DNA of 64,000 nt from Octopus sinensis (lineage: Eukaryota), in contig NC_042997.1 in the NCBI RefSeq assembly GCF_006345805.1, forward strand, positions 167,958,001 through 168,022,000, read 5' to 3'. Below, one piece after another: positions 1-10,968 of this stretch (its first letter is position 1; each line of letters starts with the position of its first letter). The notes beneath the pieces are model-generated. The model worked only from the letters and a program-made list of their open reading frames with translations, was not told where the DNA came from and did not search any database. Position numbers and translations under genes: made by a program.

Positions 1-1
1 T

Positions 2-1487
2 GCAGTCAGTTATCATGAATCAATGAATACAGTACTGGTGCAAGAGTTGTTACGCTTTAACAGGTTACTAAAAGTGATCATATGGAGTCTGGAGGAGATT
101 CAGAAAGCTATCTACGGCTTAGTAGTGATGTCAGCCAAATTGGAGAGGATTGTTAACAGTATGATTGTCGGCAAGGTAGGCGTTTTCTTTGATTTCTCTC
201 ACCTTTGCTCTGACGAAATATTCTTTTCTTATTTTGGCACAACGCCAGCAATTTTTAAGAGTGAAGAAGTCAATTACATCAACCCCAATACTTAACTGAC
301 ACTTATTTCATTGACCCCCCAAAAGGATGAAAGATAAAGGTGACCTCAGAACAGAGACGGGTGAAATGCAGCATGATAATGGTTCTGTCAGCTTTCTGTC
401 TTTCTCTCTGACAAAATATTGATATACAATATCAAATGCAAGCTATATAAATGTCATATGACGTCAAAATTAAATAATAGTCATCATCATCATTTAACGT
501 TTGTTTTCCCTGATCAACTTCTCGTGATTGAAAACACACCACTCTACCTCATAGGGATAATTGTAAGTACATCCCGAATTCTAGAAAAACCATACACACA
601 GTTTTATATATCAGCATGCACCACACACGAATATATACACAAAGCGAATTTAAATCATAGGTGCTATCACCTATGAAACCATCAGGGAGCTGCCCAGCCA
701 AAGAGTTGCCCAGGCTCCAGTTGTCTATTTTGGCATGCTTTCTACAGCTAGTTGCCATTCCTAATGCCAACCACTAGGTACTTTTTTATGTGGCAATGGC
801 CTGGGTGTTTTTCATGTAGCACCTACATGGGTACTTTATATATAACACTGACACAGGTGCTTTCTACATGGTAGTGACGTGGATGCTTTTCATGTGGCAT
901 CATCATGAGTGCTGTTCATGTAGCACTGACACGGTATTGTTAATGCAACATTGGCACAGGTGCTATTCATGTGGTACTGGCATGGGTGTTTTTTACATGG
1001 CACCAGCACTATCAAATATTAAATAAATGATATAATAATCTTTAATTTAATATTAGCAATATTACATTAATTAAGCAATTACATCGTGGAAAAAGCATTT
1101 TACCTAACTAAAAATATACAAAATCTGTTAAATTATTTCTTAAGCATAGAGTCTTGTAAACAGTGAAATGACCAATTATAAATACCATTGGAACTCACAC
1201 ACAAAGTACAGGAAACATATATATACCATTCTGCTTAAATAATAGAACTGCAGACACAATATCCTTACGTATCTCACACCTGTTTTCATTCCTCCATTTC
1301 ACTCTGTATTTCATATCTCCTCTATAATAACTATTGCTTAACCATTTTCTCGCACCGTCTCTGATAAAGGGATATATAGAATATCCTGGAAACAGCTGTA
1401 AGACCTTCTCTTTATAAATGTTCTGAAATCTTTCACAGCCTTGGATTTTTTTATCTTATTCTGTAAATATTATATATATATATATAT

Positions 1488-1519
<32 letters not shown>

Positions 1520-4500
1520 ATATACAGAGAAAGAGGGTGAGACAGAGAGACTGAGATGTGTGTGTGTTTGGTACATCTCTCTCTCTCCTGCTCCCTCTCC
1601 TTCTCCTCCCTCTCTCTCTCTGAATTGGCCAAAGCCTTGTGAATGGGTTTAGTAGACCGAAACAGATAAAAGCCAGACGTATATATGTGTGTGTGTATGT
1701 TTGTATGTATGTATAAGAATACAAACCCACCTTTCATCACCAGTGCTTCTTTTTCTTGTCTTTTCTCTTGAAGTTGTTCTTATTTTCATTGTTTGGAATT
1801 TCTTTCGTTCTTTCGTTTTGTTTTTTTTTATCACCCTAGGGGATTCATTGAAAAGCTTTTTTCATTTACTTTTTTTGTTTCTTTTAAAGTTATTTACAGT
1901 AAACCATCATATCTTTCTCCTCATCTGACTTGAAATTTCCAGTTAACATCTTAACCAAAGTAAATTGATGGCTCATCTATGTAGTTTGATCCTAACATGG
2001 GGCCCCTCAACTGCAGTGGCCCCCTGCGACTGCAGGGGTTGCTGGGGCTCAGCAACGGCCCTGACTTCCATGATGCGATTGTTTCTGTTCCTTCTAGACA
2101 AGTACAACTCCAAAAGAAGCTTCAGTTTTATTTAGCCAGAACTAAATATGAATAAACAGTGAATTAATTGCTTAATGGAATATTTAATGTTTAACTGATA
2201 TTAAATGTATGATGCGTTAATGATTTATATTAAATAGTAAACGTATGTATTACTTATCTAATACTAAATGATATTCGATATGTTAATGTTCTTTTATCCA
2301 TTTCCTTACAATATTTAGGTTCCAGCAGTGTGGGCAGAAAAATCTTACCCTTCTTTGAAGCCTCTGGGGAGTTATGTTTCAGACCTTCTTGCACGAATAC
2401 AATTCTTCAATGTATGTGTTTGGAACTTTTTGTATTTAGTTCTGTATTTGACAGATAGAAAGAAGGAGAGGAAAGAATAAAATGCATAAGAGAGATTGAG
2501 AGACATGTAGATAAGCTGTGAAAGTATGTGAGGATATTTTTGAATGGAAAGTGAAAAAATTAAAGTATGAGAGTGGAGGAGCAAGGCAGAGAAAAGAACA
2601 AAAATTAGAGAAATGTTGAGGTAGGGAGAAAAACAATATTATAGACTGAGAAATAGAAGAGATAGCCACAATTAGAGGAGATAGGTGATAGGACAGTTAA
2701 TTAACTTCTGGAATTTCAACCGTGTTTCGTGGTCTGCTACTACAACAGCTCCTTTACAGGATCCAGTTAGCTCAAGACATCATCAGGAGGAACCACACCG
2801 GTTTCGGCCCCTACTCCTCTACCATTTTGACGTGGCAGGGCCCCCACTTTTGTAGGTGTCTTCAGCTCTGGTGTTGGGTGCATGTCTTCTTTCTTCTGTT
2901 CCCTGGCCTCTTCGATGTAGCGTCAACGAGTGTTAGTGGGCGACTGGCTGTCTTGTCTACTGTCTAGTCTAATTACTCTAAACTTACTGCATACTCACAT
3001 CAAACTAGTTCTGTGTGTGTGTGTTTGTGCATATGTGCATACATATGCTTATGTGCCTCTGTGTTTGTTAACTTCTGTATTGACTTCTATGAAAGTTGGA
3101 TCTACAAATGCTGATGTCACTTCTCTTATCAACAAATTATCTGCTTACTCCACTCCTTCAAAGATGTATAGAATAACAGATCCTTCATTTAAAAAAACAA
3201 GTGAAGGTTAGTAAAAGGAAAGCATCCAGCAATAAAACAAAGCTTTAATAGCATATTTATCTAACCCATACTAGTTTAGAAAAACAGATGTAAAACTGCA
3301 TGAATGAACAACTGTAGGCCTATATGTATATTGTTTGTAGCAACTTATAAACAGTTAAATTAAATATCTTAACTATTTTCTACTGTTTGGCTGGTGTCTT
3401 TTCTAATGAATTTATTTTTGCAATGTTTCATCCTTTAAGCATTGGATATCTGAAGGTCAGCCAACAGTCTTCTGGATATCTGGTTTTTATTTCACTCAGT
3501 CTTTCCTGATGGGAGTCATGCAAAACTATGCCCGGTCTCATAAAATCCCCATTGATCACCTGACACTCAGCTTCAAGATCATGAAACAAGAACATGAAAT
3601 GCCCAGTAAACCAGTAAGTTACAAATTTTAATTTCTGAGATGAGTTACTGTGACAAGAGTTAACATTCTGATTTATAAAAACCACTCTCATTATGTGCAT
3701 AATCTACACTGGGATGCTCTTCCTAATACCAACCATTTAACAGTGTATACTGGGTGTTTTTTACATGAGCAGGGTATATTAGAGAAATATATACTGTAAA
3801 ACCTCGAGTATAGTCCGCCCTTGAGTATAATACGCAGGGGATTTTTAGGGGGCTGTACCTCTGAAAAACCTAAGCCTTGTGTATAATACGCACCCCTTCT
3901 CTAACTTGAGTCAGGGAGGTCTATATAACGTCCTTGGCTTGTAAAAATGTATACGGTAATGTCTTTTATTATTATTGTATATATAACATAATATAAACGT
4001 GTAGCTGTTTTGTGCATTTTGTTTGCAGAAAATAAAGAAATAACAGTAATAACGTTTAATAAATGTTGCTTACTGCATGTTATGGATGATTCTTTTATGA
4101 CTTCATTGCTTTCAGGCTTAGCTTAAGGTATTTTCGTGTCCGACATCACAAAATGCGTCTGAATAAACATAGCCAGACAGCAAATAGAGACTCGGACATT
4201 GCTTAGAAAATAATTTTCATTTTTAACCTCGTATATAGTATGCACTAGGGATTTTGACCTTTAAATTTTGGGAAAAAATGTGGATTATACTCAAGGATTT
4301 ACGATATATCATCATCATCATTTAATGTACATCTTCCATGCTGGCATGGGACAAACAGTTTCAGGAGCTGGTAAGCCTAAGGACTGCATCAAGCTCCATT
4401 GTCTGTTTTGGCATGGTTTTTTACAACTGGATGCCCTTCCTAATGTCAACCACTTTAGAGAGTGGACTGGATGCTTTTTATGTAGCACGCACACATTTTT

Positions 4501-7500
4501 ATATTTCTGATAATCAGCTATATTTAAAATGATTAATCAAGTTGTTTTGTTTCTATATTACTTTTTAGTGTTTGATTAGGAGTCTGTTGTTAATGTTCTA
4601 GTTGTTGTTCTTTATTAGCCCCAAATTAGCCCTGGGGAAGCAAATGTATGTTCAAATGCACTCCACCCATGACATCCCATCCTAGGACCACATTCTCTAA
4701 AGTCTTTCTTTTTAAAGAAAAATTAACTGCTATTTCTAGCAATCCACATGACTGCATACAATCACTTTCAAGTTCTAGTTATTACTGATATTGTTAAATT
4801 CTAGTTATTTCTGTTAATGAAGTTTATCTCCAGGTTCAGTTGACTGAATTAAATAATCAAAGTTGTTCCAGTCTTAACCATCCCATCTTTTTCTATAGCA
4901 AGGAACTCTCCCTGCTTTGAACAGCATTATATGATCACAAGAAATTTGGCTGCTATTTCAAATGGGTCAATGTGTAATGGCTTCCTCTTTGCTGTTGTTA
5001 CTAGTGTTCCAATTGTTGTTGTTGAAAGTGATGATATTTTTGTTTAGTAACCTCAGTAAGTTCTAACTGAATATTGTTTCAGATAAATAACCTATCAAAC
5101 GTCTTGTTTAGCTGACTTGAGTATGAGCGTAGTCTCATCCAAAGATACTTCTAATTTATATAAATATATATATAAAATTATATATATATAAACAATTGCA
5201 GCATGGAAGTTGTTTATAAGCCATTTAAGAAACACACAAAAACCATTAGATTCACTTCAACATTTAAATTTAATTTGTCAAAATGTTTTCGTTGCTTTGA
5301 GACCGTGACCTGTTCGTGCAGCACGGAGTTTTGTCAGTGAACAGGTTGTGGTCTCAAAGCAACGAAAATATTTTGACAAATTAAATTTAAATGTTGAAGT
5401 GAATCTAATGGTTTTTGTGTGTTCCTTAAATGGCTTATTTAAGAAATGAGTTGTGATGTCACTGGTGCCAAGTTGCACGCTGCAATTGTTTTCGTTCCAG
5501 CACAGGATCTCAGATCAGGTCACTTGCTATGCAAGTACATCTCCGTAAATATATATATATATATATTTAATTTATATATATAAAAGACCCCTTTCAGTCA
5601 TGAATGACCATGGAATTGCATCTAGGAAGTTCTACAGTCCTAAACTCTGAGGCACAAGTCCAGGCAAGATTGTTTGTGGAAGACCAGCAGTCATCTGTGC
5701 ATACCAGCTTCCCTCCCCTCTCCATGCCGCCAATGTTACCCCAGAAAAAAAAGCAAAGGCCTGTACAACTTGGCACCAGTGACATCACAACTCATTTCTA
5801 CAGCTGAGTGTACAGGAGTAATGTGAAAATAAAGTGTCTTGCTCAAGAACACAACACATAGCCCAGTCCAAGAATCAAACTCACTAACCCATGATTGTGA
5901 ACCTGACATGCTAACCACTGACAGTTTGTACATCTCCTATTCGCTTGATGTTATGTTTTACAATGCACTACACTAAACACCATTTTCTTTTAAAAAATAC
6001 TGTCCTCATACTTTATTTCAGATAACAGGGGCTTACATCAATGGTTTGTTCCTAGAAGGAGCACATTGGTGTCGACAGACTGGAATCCTTGCAGAAGCAC
6101 TACCAAAAGTTCTTTATGATTTGATGCCAATTGTATCCTTCAAATTTTAATAAGAGTTTAGGACCGTAGAACTTCTTTTTTTGCATGGTTTTTATATATA
6201 CATGTTAACTGTGGTATGAGTAATAGCTTTCAAATTTAAACATTTGGATATTGATGATCAAGTGATGTTATATAAAAACTAAATGTCATTGCTACTATTA
6301 TGCAATCAAAAAATAGAAGTCAAAATTATTATCAGCAAACTGACTGAGGGAAGCAGAAACCTATAAAAGGTTCCCACTACATCGATAGAATATATCAAAC
6401 TCACAGAAGGATGTTAAAATAAAAAGATCAATCAAGACAAGATTTTGACCACTGAAACTTAAGGCGAGAAAAAATAGATTACTATTAATTGCATCAATAT
6501 CATCTATTCAACATTTTAATAAGTTATTACAGCATTGAATATTCTTTTCTACTCTAGGCACAAGGCCTGAAATTTTGGGGGAGGGGGTCATTGATTAGAT
6601 CGACCCCAGTACGCTACTGGTACTTAATTTATCAACCTTGAAGGATGAAAGGCAAAGTCAGCCTCAGTGGAATTTGAACTCAGAATGACAGCATTGAATA
6701 TTGTTGTTACAGTATTGAATACTGAAATGATTAAAAATTTTTCTCTGTGCTCTGAATACAAATTCTCTGGCAGTTAACTTTGCCTTTCATACTTTCAAAG
6801 TTGATTAAGAGCCTGTCAGGTACTGGAGTTGATTTTTCTTTCTCTCAAAATTGGCAGTACCGAACACAATGGTGTGTTGTAAAAGACATCCAAAGAAAGG
6901 CAATAGGTGGAGTACTTTTGTATTTTCCCCACGAAGATTTGATGACCAACACCATGTATATGCCATTGCATGTTGTAAGGACCATGTTATTTTTAGTTTG
7001 ATGAAGTCAATACAATTACTGTTTAGCTTTAACAACAGCTGAAATAGATGCTAGACATTAGTCCATAAAACAGGTCCAGTAAGTCGTTTAAGGACATTTT
7101 TTTATAGAATCTCTTTTGCCTCTTTGGTTAAACAAAATTAAATTCATAATCATTCATCTGTATGACTTCAAATTTGGGTGATACGTTGACTCAGCAAGAT
7201 TATATCCTTAATTCACAGTTAGATTTGGATAAAACCAGTAAAGAAGGAAGAATTTCATGCGGAAGAAAACTATCAATGTCCAGGTAAACATTTTTTTTTA
7301 CTTATTTAAACTAAATCATTTACATATAAAATTAAATGAAAATTATTGCTTTTTTTAACCCTTCATCTTGTAGTCTGATTATGCTACCACTACAACACAC
7401 ACATACACACACGTAACAAAACATTGTTTACATAAATTCGAATTGAAATATGATAGCTGGCTCTCAGAACTAACTATATAGTTCAGACATTGGGAATTGT

Positions 7501-9322
7501 GTTTATTTGTATTGGGCAAACCATACTTTTGTTAATGAGCAAGTCATTGCCTTGCAAAAGAAATACACAGAGAGTTTTAAACTTTGAAATAGATTGGATG
7601 ACTACAGTGAGAGTACCAACACAGTCAGAGAGGAATTGATGAGTATGAGGTACAATTGGTTGAAAAGAATATCTTAAATTAACCAATCAAATGTTTTTTG
7701 AAAATAGCTTACTGGAGTACAGTAAAACTATAAAAACTGTAGGTTGAAGCTCTCACATTTAGAGTTCACCTGGCTGACTATATGCTAGTCAGTAAGTATG
7801 GCTTAAGTCAACCTTGTCTCTCTCATGCACACATTCCAACATCCCTTACATTCATTCTTTCACTATCATAATGAATTATATATAACAAGGACTTTCATAA
7901 ATGATTTGCATACCTTTTGAATATTGAACTTTAAATACCAATTGACTGTTACTGTTAAATCATTATCATTATTCTAATGTCCACTTCTCCATGGATCAGA
8001 TGGAATTTATTGTGACAAATTTTCTACAGCCAGATGCCCTCACCTGTTTCCAAGTAAGGTAATTATTTTCCCATTACAAGATATGTTTCACAAAAGACCA
8101 GAAACACACGATGCTGATGTACAACTAGCATGCAATGCCAAGACAAGATAAGACCAACTCACACACATAAATACAAATATACAACAGGCTTCTTTCAGTT
8201 TCCATCTACCAAATCAACTCACAAGGCTGAGGCTGCCCGACATTCAAGGTGCCAGGCAGTGGAACTGAACACTGAACCATGTGGTTGAGAAGGAAGCTTA
8301 ACTACAGTCATACCTGCTAATATAAGTAAAACAAAGTTTTGTGACTGTTAGTGAAATTAAACAAGGTTATAAAAAAATGAATGTAAGACCTTTTTGTCAT
8401 CAGTTACTCAACTGACTGGATGGCATAACTCTGTGAAAAATAGTAATCTTTTTCAGTAAAAATTCAAGGAAAGTTGACCCTCAAGGGAAATTCTTCACAG
8501 GAATGATAAGAACTTCCATTCTTCATAACATAAATATTATCATATTTTAATAATGATCTAATGTAATGTAAGTAAATAAATGTTCAGACCTCTTCACTGA
8601 GGATAAGGGATCAATCTCTTATTAACAGCTTTACCTATTTTAAATTGGAACTATTTTCCTGTAACACTGTTTTGTCACATAATACAGTTCTATATTTAAG
8701 AGATGATGAATTATATACATTTGACAGATATTTGTCCTCATCTTGTTTGTTGTTAACACAACGTTTCGGCTGAAATACCCTCCAGCGTTCATCAGGTGTC
8801 TTGAGGAAATTTCAAACCTGGGTTTTCATTCCTAAGGTAATTTTCGATGTTGTTATTATTATTATTAAGGTCACTGTCTGGAATCAAACTCAGAATCTTG
8901 TGATTAGTAGCCTGCACTCTTAACCACTACACCATATGCCTGGGCATATGGCATAGTGGTTAAGATTCCGAGTTTGATTCCAGGCAGTGACCTGAATAAC
9001 AATGATAATAATAATAATAATAATAATATCGAAAAATACCTTAGGAATGAGAATCCAGGTTCAAAATTTCCCCAAGACACCTGATGAAGGCTTGAAGGTA
9101 TATCAGCCAAAACGTTGTATTAACAACAAACAAGATGAGGACAAATATCTCAATTGTAAATAATGTTTTGTTGCAGTTTATAAGACAAGTGCAAGACGAG
9201 GTAATTTATCTACAACTGGACATTCTACCAATTATGTGCTGACCATACAACTACCAAGCAACAGAGATGAGGATTACTGGATAAACCAAGGAGTTGCTTT
9301 GCTTTGTCAACTTGATAATTAA
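2..9322 (+). CDS. DNAH3: Axonemal inner-arm dynein heavy chain, 3' part (last 6 coding exons; gene continues upstream of the window)
   Basis: Exons 2-175 (5' edge uncertain), 2319-2411, 3440-3613, 6022-6132, 7223-7283, 9177-9322 (TAA), all GT-AG and in phase. Spliced peptide includes [96 protein letters not shown] and [14 protein letters not shown], the conserved dynein heavy chain C-terminal domain. From recalled sequences it is closest to DNAH3; the paralog call versus DNAH7/DNAH12 is less certain than the family call. Confidence 0.93.
481..1010 (-). mobile_element. Old RTE-related short element with expanded array of about 23-nt repeats, interrupted near its tail
   Basis: (CAT)n tail at 481-492 followed by TTTAACGT. 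Diagnostic TTCTACAGCT..GCC.TTCCTAATGCCAACCACT at about 740-775, then about 10 degenerate GGGTGCTTTTTACGTGGCAC-like units to about 1010. Confidence 0.65.
1468..1621. repeat. (TA)n, (GA), (TG) and (CT)n microsatellite cluster
   Basis: Simple repeats read directly; adjoins a partial SINE at about 1623-1730. Confidence 0.9.
3794..4304. mobile_element. pogo/Tigger-like non-autonomous DNA element (MITE)
   Basis: Imperfect TIRs CTGTAAAACCTCGAGTATAGTCCGC / TGTGGATTATACTCAAGGATTTACGA with TA on both sides (3792-3793, 4305-4306). Confidence 0.7.
4309..4492 (-). mobile_element. RTE-related short element (3' fragment)
   Basis: (CAT)n tail plus CTGGATGCCCTTCCTAATGTCAACCACT core, shared with copies at 25.0 kb and 63.4 kb. 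Confidence 0.7.
5216..5438. repeat. Long inverted repeat (100-bp arms, 23-nt spacer), foldback/MITE-like
   Basis: 5216-5315 is the reverse complement of 5339-5438 with 5 differences. Confidence 0.9.
5593..5933 (-). mobile_element. tRNA-derived SINE
   Basis: Head with CAGTGGTTAGC..GAGTTTGATTC and core GTGTTGTGTTCTTGAGCAAGACACTTT. An inverted partial copy lies at about 5442-5550. Confidence 0.7.
6544..6687 (-). mobile_element. 5'-truncated SINE with 15-bp target-site duplication
   Basis: ACAGCATTGAATATT at 6529-6543 and 6688-6702. Body TTCTGAGTTCAAATTCC..GACTTTGCCTTTCATCC matches the family seen at 61047. Confidence 0.8.
8755..8800 (-). ncRNA. Minimal type I hammerhead ribozyme motif (Penelope-like-element type), core intact, stem II 10.1 mismatch
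   Basis: - strand reads GACAC-CUGAUGA-A-CGCUG-GAGGGUAUUU-CAGCC-GAAA-C-GUU-GUGUU. Stem I is GACAC/GUGUU, stem II is GCUG/CAGC, stem III is the palindrome AACGUU, and the putative GUU cleavage is after 8760. Confidence 0.65.
9076..9121 (+). ncRNA. Degenerate minimal hammerhead motif (G12-to-A change)
   Basis: GACAC-CUGAUGA-A-GGCU...AGCC-AAAA-C-GUU-GUAUU. Same layout as the left copy, but GAAA reads AAAA at 9109 and stem I has one mismatch. Confidence 0.55.
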
Positions 9323-10499
9323 CTCCAGTCAGATAGAATGGATTGATGAAATACTAAAACCACTTTCAGCTTATATCTACAACACCAACTGAGCAAGAAA
9401 AACTCATAGAAAGGTAACAAATGACCAAGCTAATGCTTCCCAGAATTACAGCATGAAAAGTTTGAAAGAAATTTACCATATTTACTCATGTATAAATTGC
9501 AGCATTAATTAATATTAAATCTTCATGCAAGAGGTTTCCCCTTCATTGTTTTAGCTTTGCCCCATGTACAAGTCACACCCAAATTTGCCATTTGAAATCA
9601 AGTATAAAATAGTGCGGCTTACGCAAGAGTAAACTAAACAAACACACATGGAAATTAAATGCTAACTCCCTAAACATATACCTTTGTCGAAGTGGTGAAT
9701 ACCACAAAACAGAAATCCAATTTCAATTCCTGCATGGAATTGCTTCACCATTATAATTGTGCAGAGGGAAAGTATAAATAACAAAACTTCCTATTAATTC
9801 TCAGCTACAAATTTGAGATATGAAACCTATAATAATAACTTATTATAAATAAAATTTCATTGCTATTTTCATCCAATGTATACTATCATCTACTTTCAGA
9901 TATTAATTCACAATAAAAACCATATTTGATTTGTTTAATCCTTTACTGAGATTCTTTCATCAATAGTTATAGAAATTTTCTCAAAAAGTAATGCATCAGA
10001 CTAGCTGTATTATGATTTGGGGTTCAAGTTCTGCTTCACATACATCATCTGTCTTTACTGAGGAAGCCATTACATAGACACCCTATCTGCTAGAAATAAG
10101 AGCCAAACATTCTTTAAAACACACACTACTTTATTTTTTCATTCTATTACCACAGTTTTTTGTTTTTGTTTTTGTTAGCATGGGTTGCATGGATACTTAT
10201 TGATATTGCTTTACAAACAAATACTCTTCCTGTAACTAACCCTAATCTGTTTTTCAAGTAACAGATTTTTCATTTTGCTCATCTTCAAAAGTACAGATTT
10301 GTCAAGAGGACTAAAAAAAAGTTTGGATGGTCACAATTGGAATGTCTTAGAACATAGATCTAGTCTATTAGAGCTGATAAGGTTAAATGGTATCAACAAC
10401 CATACCTCTCATTTCTCTAGAATTCATATTTATTAAGTACAAGTAAAATGCTGAATCATATCTGCTGAATAAAAAGCAATCAGTGTTTTCTTTTCATTA

Positions 10500-10968
10500 A
10501 AAAATAATTAAGCATGCCTTTATTTCAATAAAATTTTTGGTTTTGTAAAATGAAGTTAAGGCGAAAAAAAACTTCTTGAGAAACCAAATAGTCTTTCCTT
10601 CCTTCATGCCAAGTTTGAAGAAAATATCTCTTTTGCATCTTACTTTTTTGGTCTCTTAAATATACTGCATTTTGTGGCATTATTTCAAGCCAGCCGGCTT
10701 TTTTTGCGCAAAGTGCACATGCATTTTTCTTGAATACACGTAGCATCAATCACAACAGCTGATGTACTTGCACATACAAATGCACATTCCCACAGCTTTA
10801 TCGATCACATTCTCATCTGGAAACAATTTTTGTAATCTTTTCAAGACTTATACACGCCCTGATACCGTCGGTATCTACATATCAAATTTGAGCGCAATCG
10901 GATAGACGATGCCCGAGATCTTAGAAGACACACACACAAACAGACAGAATGGATTTTATATAATAAGA
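10500..10968 (-). mobile_element. Helitron-like non-autonomous element, 5' part
   Basis: - strand starts A|TCTTATTATATAAAA, then CTGTCTGTTTGTGTGTG and CCGATTGCGCTCAAATTTG, typical of small-Helitron 5' regions. No 3' CTAG end found; the lower boundary is approximate. Confidence 0.45.

Larger units (their letters stand above)
8711..9163. mobile_element. Two copies of a tRNA-headed SINE-like element with hammerhead-bearing tail, fused head-to-head (about 450-bp imperfect palindrome)
   Basis: Left copy on - strand from about 8941 to 8711, right copy on + strand from 8942 to 9163. Head GGGCATATGGTGTAGTGGTTAAG (A box) ... GAGTTTGATTCC (B box), then (AAT)n, body, and tail GACACCTGATGA...GAAACGTTGTGTTAACAACAAACAAGATGAGGACAAATATC. 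Confidence 0.85.

Noticed and set aside
176-295. 3' extension of ORF 23..295 ([10 protein letters not shown]...)
   Set aside because: Read-through into intron after the AAG|GTAGG donor; dynein homology resumes at 2319.
1456-1928. Several 61-94 aa ORFs
   Set aside because: Translations of (TA)n, (TG)n and (CT)n microsatellites and T-rich low-complexity DNA.
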